Source of the DNA: Methanomicrobiales archaeon | Lineage (GTDB): Archaea; Halobacteriota; Methanomicrobia; Methanomicrobiales; Methanospirillaceae | Assembly: GCA_013415575.1 (NCBI GenBank) | Contig: JAAEES010000009.1 | Coordinates: forward strand, 1-35,437 | Direction: 5' to 3' | DNA length: 35,437 bases | Shown here: piece by piece, positions 1 through 8,640 of the stretch | Position numbering within the stretch: position 1 is the first letter of the stretch | How the letters are laid out: every line of letters starts with the position of its first letter | Notes under the pieces: model-generated | Database searches by the model: none | Seen by the model: only the letters and a program-made list of their open reading frames with translations | Told to the model about the DNA's origin: nothing | Position numbers and translations under genes: made by a program

Positions 1-192
1 TACCTCACCCCGTTTTCGTGGGCCCTCGCCAACACCACCCTGCATACCGGAACAACCATTGTGGGCCACCCGGGGGGTATCCTCGATGAAATCCTCTACA
101 ACACGAGGGGGCTTGATACCGTGGTGGAGACGACCATCCTGTTCATCGCCTTTGCCATCGCCTCCTACATCTTCAGGAAGGGATCGCCGTGA
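1..192 (+). CDS. Eha hydrogenase membrane subunit, C-terminal fragment (MnhB-like domain; position of ehaF)
   Basis: Frame 1 is open from the window edge to TGA 190-192. The translation ...ILYNTRGLDTVVETTILFIAFAIASYIFRKGSP resembles the RG(F/L)DTxxE motif of MnhB-type antiporter-like subunits. Its stop overlaps the next start (GTGA). Confidence 0.6.
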   Translation, partial: YLTPFSWALANTTLHTGTTIVGHPGGILDEILYNTRGLDTVVETTILFIAFAIASYIFRKGSP

Positions 193-794
193 CCGGTGCT
201 CTGTATTCCTGGGGGCTCCTGGTGGTTCTTGGCTCAGCAGTAATCGGATTTGCCGCTCTTGCAATTGAGAAAGACGACCTCCACCGCCTCCTCCTCATCG
301 ACCTCGTGGAGATCGCCTCCATCGGGATCATAGCCCTCATCGGCACGGATCTTGCCGAGGCGCTCATCCTGCCCGGCCTGGTGGTGGGAATCGCCGAACT
401 CCTCGCCCTTTCGCAGATTTACCTGATGAAAGAGGATCTTCGGGACCGCACTGTACGGATTCCCAAAATCGAGGTTCTGCAGGAGTTGCCGGCACCGCTC
501 ATACTTTCGATGATTCTCATCGTATACGGGATTATCCTCTCCGGGTTTACGGGCGGAGCGGTTGCCGGCCTCGGTGCAATTTTCTTTATCGCGGCCCGGA
601 CCCGTACCGAAGACCTCCATCTGCTTGAGCTGGCGAGCGGGCTCTCCTGGGTGCTCTGGATTGCCGCGTTCTTTGTCTTCATGTTCCTGCCGGAGTACTG
701 GTATCTTGCTCTGATGGGTGCAGCAGTCGGCATCCTGATCAAGGTGATCACCAAGATGTCCCTGATGGGTGTAATGTGGGAGGCACGGTCATGA
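189..794 (+). CDS. Eha integral membrane subunit (position of ehaG)
   Basis: 201-aa ORF that is hydrophobic throughout with several predicted TM helices. GTG start overlaps the upstream stop. Its stop overlaps the next ATG (ATGA at 791-794). Confidence 0.65.
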   Translation: MTGALYSWGLLVVLGSAVIGFAALAIEKDDLHRLLLIDLVEIASIGIIALIGTDLAEALILPGLVVGIAELLALSQIYLMKEDLRDRTVRIPKIEVLQELPAPLILSMILIVYGIILSGFTGGAVAGLGAIFFIAARTRTEDLHLLELASGLSWVLWIAAFFVFMFLPEYWYLALMGAAVGILIKVITKMSLMGVMWEARS

Positions 795-1447
795 TCGGCG
801 CAGGAGGATCTCCGTTCATGTATCTCGAATTCGGAGACATCGTGATCTATTTCTCCCCGTATACCCTCTCACTCTTCCTGCTCGCCCTCGTATTCACCGT
901 GCTGGTGATCGCGAGCCGGCCTGAACGGCAGCTCGATATCGCATTCGGAGCAGATGCGTACACCACCAAGGATATCGGTCTTCCCGAAATGAGGTTCCGG
1001 CGGTTCATGGCTATTGCCTGCGGACTTGCATCCATGGGTGCGATGGTGACCGGGGATGTCTTTGATTTCTGCCTGTTCACCTCCCTTGTCGGGATCTGTA
1101 ACGTCGGTATCGTTGCCGCGGTCAGGAGCCGCCATGTCCAGAACGCAGCCTTCCAGTACGGGCTGGTCGCGCTGGCGGGGACCGTTCCGCTCTTTGGTGG
1201 GGCTGCAATCGTAGCGGCGACCACAGGGACCCTTTCCCTGATCGAGCTTTCCAGCACGGCTCTCCCGGCAGTCCCCGCCGTAGTGAAAGGATTCCTGGTT
1301 TTAGGGGTGATGGGAGAGGGAATGGCACCCTTCTACGCAGCAAAAGCGGAGATGTTCAGGGCACCGGGAGCACCGTACGTGATCATGTGCTCACTCTCGT
1401 CGCTGCTGATCTTTCTCCGGGTCATCGAGGTCGTGCTCCAGGTGTGA
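791..1447 (+). CDS. Eha membrane subunit, truncated NuoL/N-type antiporter-like module (EhaH-like)
   Basis: ATG 791 is preceded by GGAGG at 779-783. The track ORF begins at GTG 776. Polytopic protein. The segment GEGMAPFYAAKAEMFRAPGAP resembles the P(F/L)HxWLPxA region of complex-I antiporter-like subunits. Confidence 0.65.
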   Translation: MIGAGGSPFMYLEFGDIVIYFSPYTLSLFLLALVFTVLVIASRPERQLDIAFGADAYTTKDIGLPEMRFRRFMAIACGLASMGAMVTGDVFDFCLFTSLVGICNVGIVAAVRSRHVQNAAFQYGLVALAGTVPLFGGAAIVAATTGTLSLIELSSTALPAVPAVVKGFLVLGVMGEGMAPFYAAKAEMFRAPGAPYVIMCSLSSLLIFLRVIEVVLQV

Positions 1448-1455
1448 GGTTTACA

Positions 1456-1659
1456 ATGAAGAAGAAGACAGCGTTCTGGCTGATGGTCACCGTGGCGGTC
1501 ATCGCCGTTCTCGCCCTGATCCTTTCGGAGACGGGAACCATACCGGAGTGGCTCTACCTGGCAGTGCTCGTTGCAGGCTTTCCCTTGTTCGTCCTGTTCC
1601 TCGGGCTCTGGTGGATGGCCCGGGAAGGAGACGCAGATATACCGTTCATGGGGTACTGA
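1456..1659 (+). CDS. small Eha membrane subunit (position of ehaI)
   Basis: Internal ATG 1456 of ORF 1387..1659, preceded by GTGAGGT. The 67-aa product has two TM helices (MKKKTAFWLMVTVAVIAVLALIL...). Confidence 0.6.
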   Translation: MKKKTAFWLMVTVAVIAVLALILSETGTIPEWLYLAVLVAGFPLFVLFLGLWWMAREGDADIPFMGY

Positions 1660-1660
1660 G

Positions 1661-2503
1661 ATGATTCCCTACCTGCTCTTCGCAACGTTCTTCGGTCTCC
1701 TCCTCCTCGGCATACACCGGAAGCTGATCGCCCGTATCCAGCGGCGCCCCGGGCCGCCGATCTGGCAGGAAATACTTCATACACTCAAGTTTTCCTTCAA
1801 GAGCACCTGGATCCCGGCAACGGCGAGCGAAGTCCTCTTTGTTTCAGTGGTGCTGATCGCCATCGGGATATGGACGGCGGCATTCTTTGTTCTGGTCACT
1901 GGAGGAAGCCTCCTGATCATCTTTGCCATCTATATGCTCCACAAGATTGTCGAGCACGGGTTCGGGCTCTCCTCGGGATCGCCCTACGGAAAGTTCGGAG
2001 GGGTCAGGTCGGTCATTTCTGCGGCATCAGAGATACCCCTGTTCGTGAGTGTTTCAGCGGTGGCCATTTTCACGGGTTCGCTCCAGATCTCGGATATCAT
2101 TGCTTACCAGGCAGAAACAGGACCACTCCTCTTCACCATTCCGCTCGCAGCCATCGCCCTGTACCTGGTCATCCTCTCCAAGGTCCCCGCATCCCCCTTC
2201 GCCATCGTGGAGAGCAAGGAGATCGTGAGCGGGTACAAGACCGAGCACTTCGGAGTCTGGCGGGCAGGCCTTGAAACCTGTAACGGGCTCAAGAGCTATG
2301 TCCTGCTCCTCACCTTCATCACGGTCTTCATCGGGGCTCTTCCCTTCCTCGGCATCCTGCTGACCATGCTCCTGCTCGTCGTATCCCTCGCATTTGTGTG
2401 CGCGCTCTGCCCCATGCTGTCTCCCTTTGACAGTGTAACAATCCAGACGATTATTACCGGTATCATGCTGATATATGTACTATACCTGGGGGTATTCGGA
2501 TGA
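1661..2503 (+). CDS. ehaJ: Eha membrane subunit J (NuoH/EchB/HycD-like)
   Basis: ATG 1661 lies 1 nt after the upstream stop. The N-terminus MIPYLLFATFFGLLLLGIHRKLIARIQRRPGPP matches the NuoH-family signature (RKxxARxQxRxGP). Polytopic 280-aa protein. Confidence 0.85.
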   Translation: MIPYLLFATFFGLLLLGIHRKLIARIQRRPGPPIWQEILHTLKFSFKSTWIPATASEVLFVSVVLIAIGIWTAAFFVLVTGGSLLIIFAIYMLHKIVEHGFGLSSGSPYGKFGGVRSVISAASEIPLFVSVSAVAIFTGSLQISDIIAYQAETGPLLFTIPLAAIALYLVILSKVPASPFAIVESKEIVSGYKTEHFGVWRAGLETCNGLKSYVLLLTFITVFIGALPFLGILLTMLLLVVSLAFVCALCPMLSPFDSVTIQTIITGIMLIYVLYLGVFG

Positions 2504-2742
2504 TCCGGAAGATCCTCCTCGCTGCCGTTATCGTCTATATCGCGGTGAGCACGGCCCAGATCATCCAGAGACCCTCGACCGCCCCGGAAGGAGTGGTGAT
2601 CGGCGCCGCCCTGCTTGCGGTAATCTCATTTTCTTATATGAGGGACGAGCAGGGTCTTGCGAAGTGGGAAGGTACCGCCGTCTGGCTTGCTGTCTTCCTC
2701 TTTGTACTCTATGGAATACTGAAATATGCGGGTGTGCTATGA
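2500..2742 (+). CDS. small Eha membrane subunit (position of ehaK)
   Basis: 80-aa ORF with 2-3 TM helices and ATGA overlaps at both ends (2500-2503 and 2739-2742). Confidence 0.65.
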   Translation: MIRKILLAAVIVYIAVSTAQIIQRPSTAPEGVVIGAALLAVISFSYMRDEQGLAKWEGTAVWLAVFLFVLYGILKYAGVL

Positions 2743-3128
2743 GCGGGTATCTCTATGAAAAGGATCTCTCCTCGATGAAGTATGCCATCCTCACCAGCAC
2801 CCGCCATGACCGGATGGTACGGGAGATTGCAGATGACCTCGGCATCCCCCAGCTCAGACTTCGGCGATATATCATGGACCAGTTTGACATGCTGCTGATG
2901 GAGAACCTGCCGGCACGGTATGAACAGGGAAAGAGGCTGACGGCAGAGGCACCTGCGGCTGAGCGTGACCTGAAGACGCACCTCTATTCACGGGCCGTCC
3001 CGCTCATTCAGGAAGAGCAGATGGAATGTATCTTTTCCCGGGTGAAGGAAATGATGGAGAATGGAATGCCTGAAAAGGAAGCCGTTTCAGCCGGCAGACG
3101 CCTGATCCGGGAGGCAATCCTGGCATGA
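2739..3128 (+). CDS. hydrophilic Eha-associated subunit (position of ehaL/ehaM)
   Basis: Internal ATG 2739 of ORF 2475..3128 overlaps the upstream TGA. The 129-aa product is charged and helical with no Cys motif. ATGA overlap with ehaN at 3125. Confidence 0.6.
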   Translation: MSGYLYEKDLSSMKYAILTSTRHDRMVREIADDLGIPQLRLRRYIMDQFDMLLMENLPARYEQGKRLTAEAPAAERDLKTHLYSRAVPLIQEEQMECIFSRVKEMMENGMPEKEAVSAGRRLIREAILA

Positions 3129-3580
3129 GCCTGCTCCAGAGGGTCAAGAACTTCGTCCGGTCTAAATCAATACACGTTGCCTACGTCGATGTGGGTTCGT
3201 GCAACGGATGCGATATCGAGGTGCTCGCCTGCCTCTCTCCCCGGTATGATATCGAGCAGTATGGTATCTATGTCCACAACAATCCGCGGGAGGCAGACAT
3301 CCTCCTGGTCATCGGGGCATTTACCCCTGGCTGGGAGGAGAAGCTCCGGAGTGTGTGGGAAAAGATACCTGATCCCAAGGCGGCAATAGCTATCGGGAAC
3401 TGTCCGATCTCCGGGTGCGTGTTCAACCGCCCGCACAGCCTCATCGACCCGCCGGTTGCGAAGCATATCCCCATTTCCGCACAGGTTCCGGGGTGCCCCC
3501 CGCGCCCGACCGAGATCCTCTCTGCGGTGCTTGCTGTGGCTCCGGTTGTTTTCAAGGACTATGAGGTGAAGAAGCGATGA
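3125..3580 (+). CDS. ehaN: Eha [NiFe] hydrogenase small subunit (NuoB-like)
   Basis: 151 aa. Cys ligands sit in GSCNGCD, GNCPISG and PGCPPRP, the NuoB/EchC pattern for the proximal [4Fe-4S] cluster. Confidence 0.9.
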   Translation: MSLLQRVKNFVRSKSIHVAYVDVGSCNGCDIEVLACLSPRYDIEQYGIYVHNNPREADILLVIGAFTPGWEEKLRSVWEKIPDPKAAIAIGNCPISGCVFNRPHSLIDPPVAKHIPISAQVPGCPPRPTEILSAVLAVAPVVFKDYEVKKR

Positions 3581-4665
3581 AGCGGACCGTGGATGTCTCA
3601 ATACCTGTCGGGCCGGTGCACCCCTGCTGGAAAGAACCGGCACGGGTGAAGTGCGAGACAAAGGGAGAGTACGTTCTCTCGGCAGAGGTGGAACTCGGCT
3701 ACATGAAGAAGGGAATCGAGCGGATTATGCGGGGACGGCCCTGGCAGGAAGTGATGTTCCTTGCAGAACGGGTGTGCGGGATCTGCTCGGTCATCCACAA
3801 TATGGTCTTCATCGAGGCACTCGAGGCTATCAGCAGTATTCCGGTTCCCGATCGCGCCGCGCTTCTCAGAGTCGTTGTCAATGAACTCGACAGGATGCAG
3901 AGCCATATCCTTGCCAACTTCTCATACTGCTACACCATCGAACATGAGACGCTCGGGATGTACCTGCTCGATGTCAGGGAGAAAGTGATGGACGAGCTGG
4001 AGCGGATCACCGGTGCACGGGTGACCTGCGCCTATATCGTTCCCGGGGGAGTCCGGTTCGATCTCCGGGCTGAAGACGCGTTGCACCTCCGGGCGAACCT
4101 CGCTGCAATCGAAGAAGAGATCACCCGGTATATGGGGATGTTCGAGAACGGTCCGCTGATCGCACTCCGGAGCAGGGAGATAGGGATCCTCACCAGGGAG
4201 GCCGCACAAGAAGCCTGTGCAGTCGGCCCGACGGCGCGGGCGAGCGGCATGCCGGAGACCGACCGGAGGCTCCGCCACCCGACCTATCAGAAGCTCGGGT
4301 TTACCCCGGTATCCAGGGAAGAAGGAGATAACTATGCCCGGATCATGATGCGGTTCCAGGAGGTCCTCCAGAGCATCGCCCTCATACGGATGTGCCTCGA
4401 CAGTCTGCCTGAAGGACCAATCCGCGGCGGCGGAATCCCCGGTGCCGGCGAAATAGCCTACTCTGGTGAAGCCCCTCGGGGAGAACTCTCCTACTTTATC
4501 AAAACCGATGCTGCGGGCAGGGTGCTTGACATCGCTATCCAGACCCCGTCCATCATGAATATCGAGGCCTGCTGTCACTACATGCTCAAGGGAGTGGCAT
4601 CGCTCGCGGATGTACCGTCGACCTTCGTCTCTTCAGACCCGTGCATCGCCTGCACGGAGCGGTGA
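3577..4665 (+). CDS. ehaO: Eha [NiFe] hydrogenase large subunit (group 4)
   Basis: 362 aa. N-terminal Ni-binding motif RVCGICS. C-terminal DPCIACTER sits at the very end of the protein, with no cleavable extension. Confidence 0.92.
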   Translation: MKRTVDVSIPVGPVHPCWKEPARVKCETKGEYVLSAEVELGYMKKGIERIMRGRPWQEVMFLAERVCGICSVIHNMVFIEALEAISSIPVPDRAALLRVVVNELDRMQSHILANFSYCYTIEHETLGMYLLDVREKVMDELERITGARVTCAYIVPGGVRFDLRAEDALHLRANLAAIEEEITRYMGMFENGPLIALRSREIGILTREAAQEACAVGPTARASGMPETDRRLRHPTYQKLGFTPVSREEGDNYARIMMRFQEVLQSIALIRMCLDSLPEGPIRGGGIPGAGEIAYSGEAPRGELSYFIKTDAAGRVLDIAIQTPSIMNIEACCHYMLKGVASLADVPSTFVSSDPCIACTER

Positions 4666-4666
4666 T

Positions 4667-5278
4667 ATGGCGCTCTCACTCACCTACTATCTCAAAGAGT
4701 TCTTCCGGCTCGAATGGCTGCAGAAGTTCCTGTTCGTGAGGACTGTCCCGCTTGTTACCCCTCCCTACTTCAGGAACTTTCCCGAGCTCACCGGAAAGAC
4801 CTGCACTCACCACCTCTTCTGTATGATGGCCTGCCCTGCCCCGGGTGCGATCGATGTGATCCGGACACCGGAAGGATGGCAGCCGAGGATTCACCTGGGC
4901 CACTGTATCAGGTGCGGGCTCTGTGTCGAAGCCTGCCCGAACGGAGTGCTCACCAGCGGGCGCATTCTCGAGACCATGTTTTATGACAATACTGCACTCT
5001 CGTTCTCGTTCCGGATCGATGTGGATACGGACCGGTGCATGGGTTGCGGGAACTGTGCGGTCGCCTGCCCCGTGAATAAGCTGATCGATGCCCAGATGTC
5101 ATTCGGCGGCAGGGCATCTACCGATGACCTCCTGCTCAAGGTAAGTGAGGGGAAATGCCAGGTGCTTCACGTGGAGAAGTGCACAGGGTGCAAAACCTGT
5201 GAACATCACTGCCCGAACGAGGCCATATCAGTGGCCCGACTCCTGGAAGCGGTCCACGCCCCGGAGGAGGAGCTATGA
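4667..5278 (+). CDS. polyferredoxin: NuoI/EchF-like module fused to an extra 2x[4Fe-4S] module
   Basis: ATG 4667 lies 1 nt after the ehaO stop. Three canonical motifs are present (CIRCGLCVEACP, CMGCGNCAVACP, CTGCKTCEHHCP) plus one deviant motif, CTHHLFCMMACP. Its stop overlaps the fwdD start. Confidence 0.85.
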   Translation: MALSLTYYLKEFFRLEWLQKFLFVRTVPLVTPPYFRNFPELTGKTCTHHLFCMMACPAPGAIDVIRTPEGWQPRIHLGHCIRCGLCVEACPNGVLTSGRILETMFYDNTALSFSFRIDVDTDRCMGCGNCAVACPVNKLIDAQMSFGGRASTDDLLLKVSEGKCQVLHVEKCTGCKTCEHHCPNEAISVARLLEAVHAPEEEL

Positions 5279-5664
5279 GAGGTATCCTGAACACAGGGAG
5301 GACCATCCGGCAGGGATCATATGTGGAACGGAAGAACAGTCCTGCATACCGGGAGGAAGCTGCCTCACTGCACATGAACCAGGTAGATATGCTGGATCTG
5401 GAACTCGAAGAGGGGAGCCACGTGAGGGTGAGATCCGACCAGGGTGCGGTGGTGATGGTAGCACGCCCGGCCGACGGGCTGGCCCGGGGAGAAGTCTTTG
5501 TCTGCCTCGGCCCGTATGCAAATTTCCTGGTGAACCCTGAGACGCACGGTACCGGGATGCCGGATTTCAAGACCACCCCCGTAACCATTGAGCCCACAAC
5601 AGAGCAGGTTCCCACGGTCCGTGAGATCATGGAACGGTATGGAGGAGTCGGCTATGAAGATTGA
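5275..5664 (+). CDS. fwdD: formylmethanofuran dehydrogenase subunit D
   Basis: 129 aa. Molybdopterin-dinucleotide-binding beta-barrel type (LNTGRTIRQG...VRVRSDQGAVVMVARPADGLARGEVF). GGAGGAGGAG lies upstream of ATG 5275. W versus Mo type cannot be decided from the sequence. Confidence 0.9.
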   Translation: MRGILNTGRTIRQGSYVERKNSPAYREEAASLHMNQVDMLDLELEEGSHVRVRSDQGAVVMVARPADGLARGEVFVCLGPYANFLVNPETHGTGMPDFKTTPVTIEPTTEQVPTVREIMERYGGVGYED

Positions 5665-6943
5665 AGATGTGGTCTGTACGTTCTGCGGGTGTCTCTGCGA
5701 TGATCTTGTCGTGGAAGTTGAAAATAACCGTGTCATCAGCGTTGAGAACGGCTGCACACTTGCCAATGAGAAGTTCATGGGAGACCACCGGCTGAAATCA
5801 CCGATCCGGAGAGAAGGGAACGGCTGGAAAGCACTCTCCTATGATGATGCTATCCGGGAAACCGCAGAAATACTACTCGATGCCGATCGACCTCTCCTCT
5901 ACGGCTGGAGCGGAACGCACGGGGAAGCCCAGAGCGTTGGTGTCCACCTTGCCGAACTCCTCGGAGCGGTGATCGACAACACCTCTACCGTGTGCCATGG
6001 ACCGTCCATCATGGCCATCCAGGAGGTGGGGCACCCGGGATGTACGCTCGGACAGGTGAAGAACCGGGCCGATGTCATCGTGTACTGGGGGGCAAACCCC
6101 ATCGATGCCCATCCGCGGCATATGAGCCGCTACACCACGTATGCAGACGGTTTCTTCGTGAAGGAGGCATTCAAAGAACGAAAGGTGATCGTGGTCGATG
6201 TCCGGAAGACCGAGTCATCTGCGGTTGCCGATGAATTCGTTAAGGTGGAAAGAGGGGGCGATTATGCAATACTCTCGGCCCTGAGAGCGATTGTCCGGGG
6301 GAAGCGGGACCTCATCCCCAAACAGGTCGCCGGAGTAACCCGGGAGCAGCTCTTCAGGGTCGCCGACATCTGCATAAATGCAAAATTCGGGGCAATCTTC
6401 TTCGGCCTCGGCCTCACCATGTCGCCCGGAAAGTACAAGAATATCCGGAATGCAATCGAGCTGACGGAGGAGCTTAACCGGCATACAAAGTTCACCATCT
6501 CACCGATGCGGGGGCACTGGAATGTGTACGGTTCAAACGAGGTCTTCACCTGGATCACCGGCTATCCTTATGCCGTTGATTTTGCACGGGGGATCGCATT
6601 CTACAACCCGGGCGAGACAACCAGTGTGGACATCCTCAAACGGGGTGAGTGTGATGCCTGCCTGGTGGTGGCAAGCGATCCGGGAGCTCACTTCCCCCGT
6701 GCATGCGCCGAGCATCTCGCCCGCATCCCTACGGTCCAGATCGATCCACACGTCAATGCGACCACCCACCTGGCCACGCTCCAGATCCCGGTTGCCGTCA
6801 CCGGCATTGATGCAGAGGGGACGGCATACCGGATGGACGGGGTGCCCATCCGGACACGAAAGCTCTTTGATGGAACCTATCCGAGCGACTTCGATATCCT
6901 CGGGAAAATCTATGAGCAGGTGAAGGAGGTAAAGGGATCATGA
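5654..6943 (+). CDS. fwdB: formylmethanofuran dehydrogenase subunit B (Cys type)
   Basis: Start taken at the internal ATG 5654 (MKIEDVVCTFCGCLCDDL, N-terminal Fe-S Cys cluster). Molybdopterin oxidoreductase fold. The active-site region TVCHGPS carries Cys, with no in-frame TGA. Confidence 0.92.
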   Translation: MKIEDVVCTFCGCLCDDLVVEVENNRVISVENGCTLANEKFMGDHRLKSPIRREGNGWKALSYDDAIRETAEILLDADRPLLYGWSGTHGEAQSVGVHLAELLGAVIDNTSTVCHGPSIMAIQEVGHPGCTLGQVKNRADVIVYWGANPIDAHPRHMSRYTTYADGFFVKEAFKERKVIVVDVRKTESSAVADEFVKVERGGDYAILSALRAIVRGKRDLIPKQVAGVTREQLFRVADICINAKFGAIFFGLGLTMSPGKYKNIRNAIELTEELNRHTKFTISPMRGHWNVYGSNEVFTWITGYPYAVDFARGIAFYNPGETTSVDILKRGECDACLVVASDPGAHFPRACAEHLARIPTVQIDPHVNATTHLATLQIPVAVTGIDAEGTAYRMDGVPIRTRKLFDGTYPSDFDILGKIYEQVKEVKGS

Positions 6944-8640
6944 CCGGACTGCTGGTGAAGAACGCCTATGTCATCGATCCGCTCTCGGGAGTAAACGGCG
7001 AGATCATGGATATCGCCGTCCGGGACGGAAAGATCGTGGAAGACGTGAGGAGCGGTGCAGTGGTCATCGATGCCGGAGGCTGTCTGACGCTCCCCGGGGG
7101 GATCGACTCCCATTCCCATGTCTGCGGGACCAAGGTGAATTTCGGACGATACATGAGTCCCGAGGATATGCGGGCAGGAAGAACGGCCCGGAAAGGAGCC
7201 ATGCACGTAACATCGGGATACAGTGTCCCGACCACCTTCGGGAACTCCTACCGGTACAGTGCTATGGGATACACGACGGTACTTGAGGGCGCAATGGCGC
7301 CGCTTGAGGCCCGCCATACCCACGAGGAGTTCACCGCCACGCCACATCAGGACATGCTGGCGAACACCCTCTTCGACGGGAACTGGTCGATCATGGAGGC
7401 GGTGCGGGACAAGGATATGAAGCGTGCCGCGGCCGTGGTTGCCTGGACGCTCGCTGCGGTAAAGGGATTTGCCATCAAGCTGACAAATCCCGGGGGAACC
7501 GAGGCCTGGGGGTGGGGGGAGGATGTCCACAGCATCCGCGATGAGGTGCCCCACTTCGGGGTCACCCCTGCCGAGATCATTGAGACCATGATCCAGGCAA
7601 ACGAGCTCCTCAACCTCCCGCATTCAGTCCATATCCACTGTAACAACCTCGGTGTGCCAGGCAACTACCAGACCACCCTCGACACCATCAATCTTGCTCC
7701 CGATCTCAACAAGGATCGCCAGAGCCTGTACCTGACACACGTGCAGTTCCATTCGTATGGTGGTTCGACCTGGCAGGATATCTGCTCGAAATCTGAGGAT
7801 ATTGCCAGGGCGGTGAATGCCAGACCCCAGGTAGCCATCGACATGGGACAGATCATGTTCGGGCGGACCACAACCATGACCGCTGACGGCCCGATGGAAT
7901 GGAAGCTCTACATGCTCCACCACAACAAGTGGAGTAACCATGACGTGGAGCTGGAGACCGGATCGGGCATTATCCCGGTCTACTACGGGAGAAAGAGCCT
8001 GGTCAACTGCGTAATGTGGGCGATAGGTCTCGAACTTGCCCTGCTGACGGAGAATCCCTGGCAGTGCATGCTCGCCACCGACAACCCGAACGGGGCTCCC
8101 TTTGTGAAATATCCCGAGATCATCGCCTTGCTGATGAGCCGCAAACTCCGCGAGTACGAAATGAAAGTGATCGATCCCAGGACCGAGCATTTTGTCCCCC
8201 TCTTTGCCATCGACCGGGAGCTCGACTGGTACGAGATTGCGGTAATGACCCGGGCAGCACAGGCAAAAGCCCTCGGCATTACCCGGATCGGCAAGGGACA
8301 CCTCGCCCCGGGGGCAGAGGCCGACATCGCCATCTATCCCCTGAAACCCGACGAACTCGATCCGACTGTCGATTACCAACAGGTGATGGCCGGGTTCGCA
8401 AAGACGAGATATACCATCAAGCGGGGGCGGGTGGTGGCGCGCGATGGGGAAGTCATCGTGGAAGGGGCGAACAGCACCATCTGGAGCAGGTCAGATGTCC
8501 CGCCCGAATATGACCTGAACCAGGATCCCGAGTTTGTGAAGAAGTTTGAACAGTACTACACCGTGAGAATGAGGAATTACCCGGTTCAGGACGTCTACCT
8601 GCCCCGGGGACTCTGCATCAGAACTGAGGCATCGCTATGA
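6940..8640 (+). CDS. fwdA: formylmethanofuran dehydrogenase subunit A (amidohydrolase)
   Basis: 566 aa with the metal-dependent hydrolase motif GGIDSHSHV. ATGA overlaps at both ends. Confidence 0.93.
   Translation: MTGLLVKNAYVIDPLSGVNGEIMDIAVRDGKIVEDVRSGAVVIDAGGCLTLPGGIDSHSHVCGTKVNFGRYMSPEDMRAGRTARKGAMHVTSGYSVPTTFGNSYRYSAMGYTTVLEGAMAPLEARHTHEEFTATPHQDMLANTLFDGNWSIMEAVRDKDMKRAAAVVAWTLAAVKGFAIKLTNPGGTEAWGWGEDVHSIRDEVPHFGVTPAEIIETMIQANELLNLPHSVHIHCNNLGVPGNYQTTLDTINLAPDLNKDRQSLYLTHVQFHSYGGSTWQDICSKSEDIARAVNARPQVAIDMGQIMFGRTTTMTADGPMEWKLYMLHHNKWSNHDVELETGSGIIPVYYGRKSLVNCVMWAIGLELALLTENPWQCMLATDNPNGAPFVKYPEIIALLMSRKLREYEMKVIDPRTEHFVPLFAIDRELDWYEIAVMTRAAQAKALGITRIGKGHLAPGAEADIAIYPLKPDELDPTVDYQQVMAGFAKTRYTIKRGRVVARDGEVIVEGANSTIWSRSDVPPEYDLNQDPEFVKKFEQYYTVRMRNYPVQDVYLPRGLCIRTEASL

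Noticed and set aside
5588-5653. N-terminal extensions offered by the ORF track (fwdB 5588, hypB to 20958, secD to 27274, DUF2551-like from 28125, and others)
   Set aside because: Internal starts restore the ATGA coupling or a sensible SD/TATA spacing, and they begin at the conserved N-termini. The extensions have atypical composition or contain promoter-like A/T tracts.
5136-5778. Minus-strand ORFs of 164 aa and 137 aa across the polyferredoxin/fwdD/fwdB junction
   Set aside because: They are shadow ORFs opposite confidently called genes, with a low-complexity Ser/Pro/Arg composition.
5654-6943. Selenocysteine or pyrrolysine recoding (Sec-type FwdB, Sec-MsrB, split ORFs)
   Set aside because: FwdB has Cys in TVCHGPS and MsrB has Cys in RYCMNS. 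I saw no pair of adjacent same-frame ORFs separated by a single TGA or TAG.
6910-8379. 237-aa and 251-aa minus-strand ORFs (6910-7623 and 7624-8379)
   Set aside because: Both are antisense shadows of fwdA, which is confidently identified on the plus strand.
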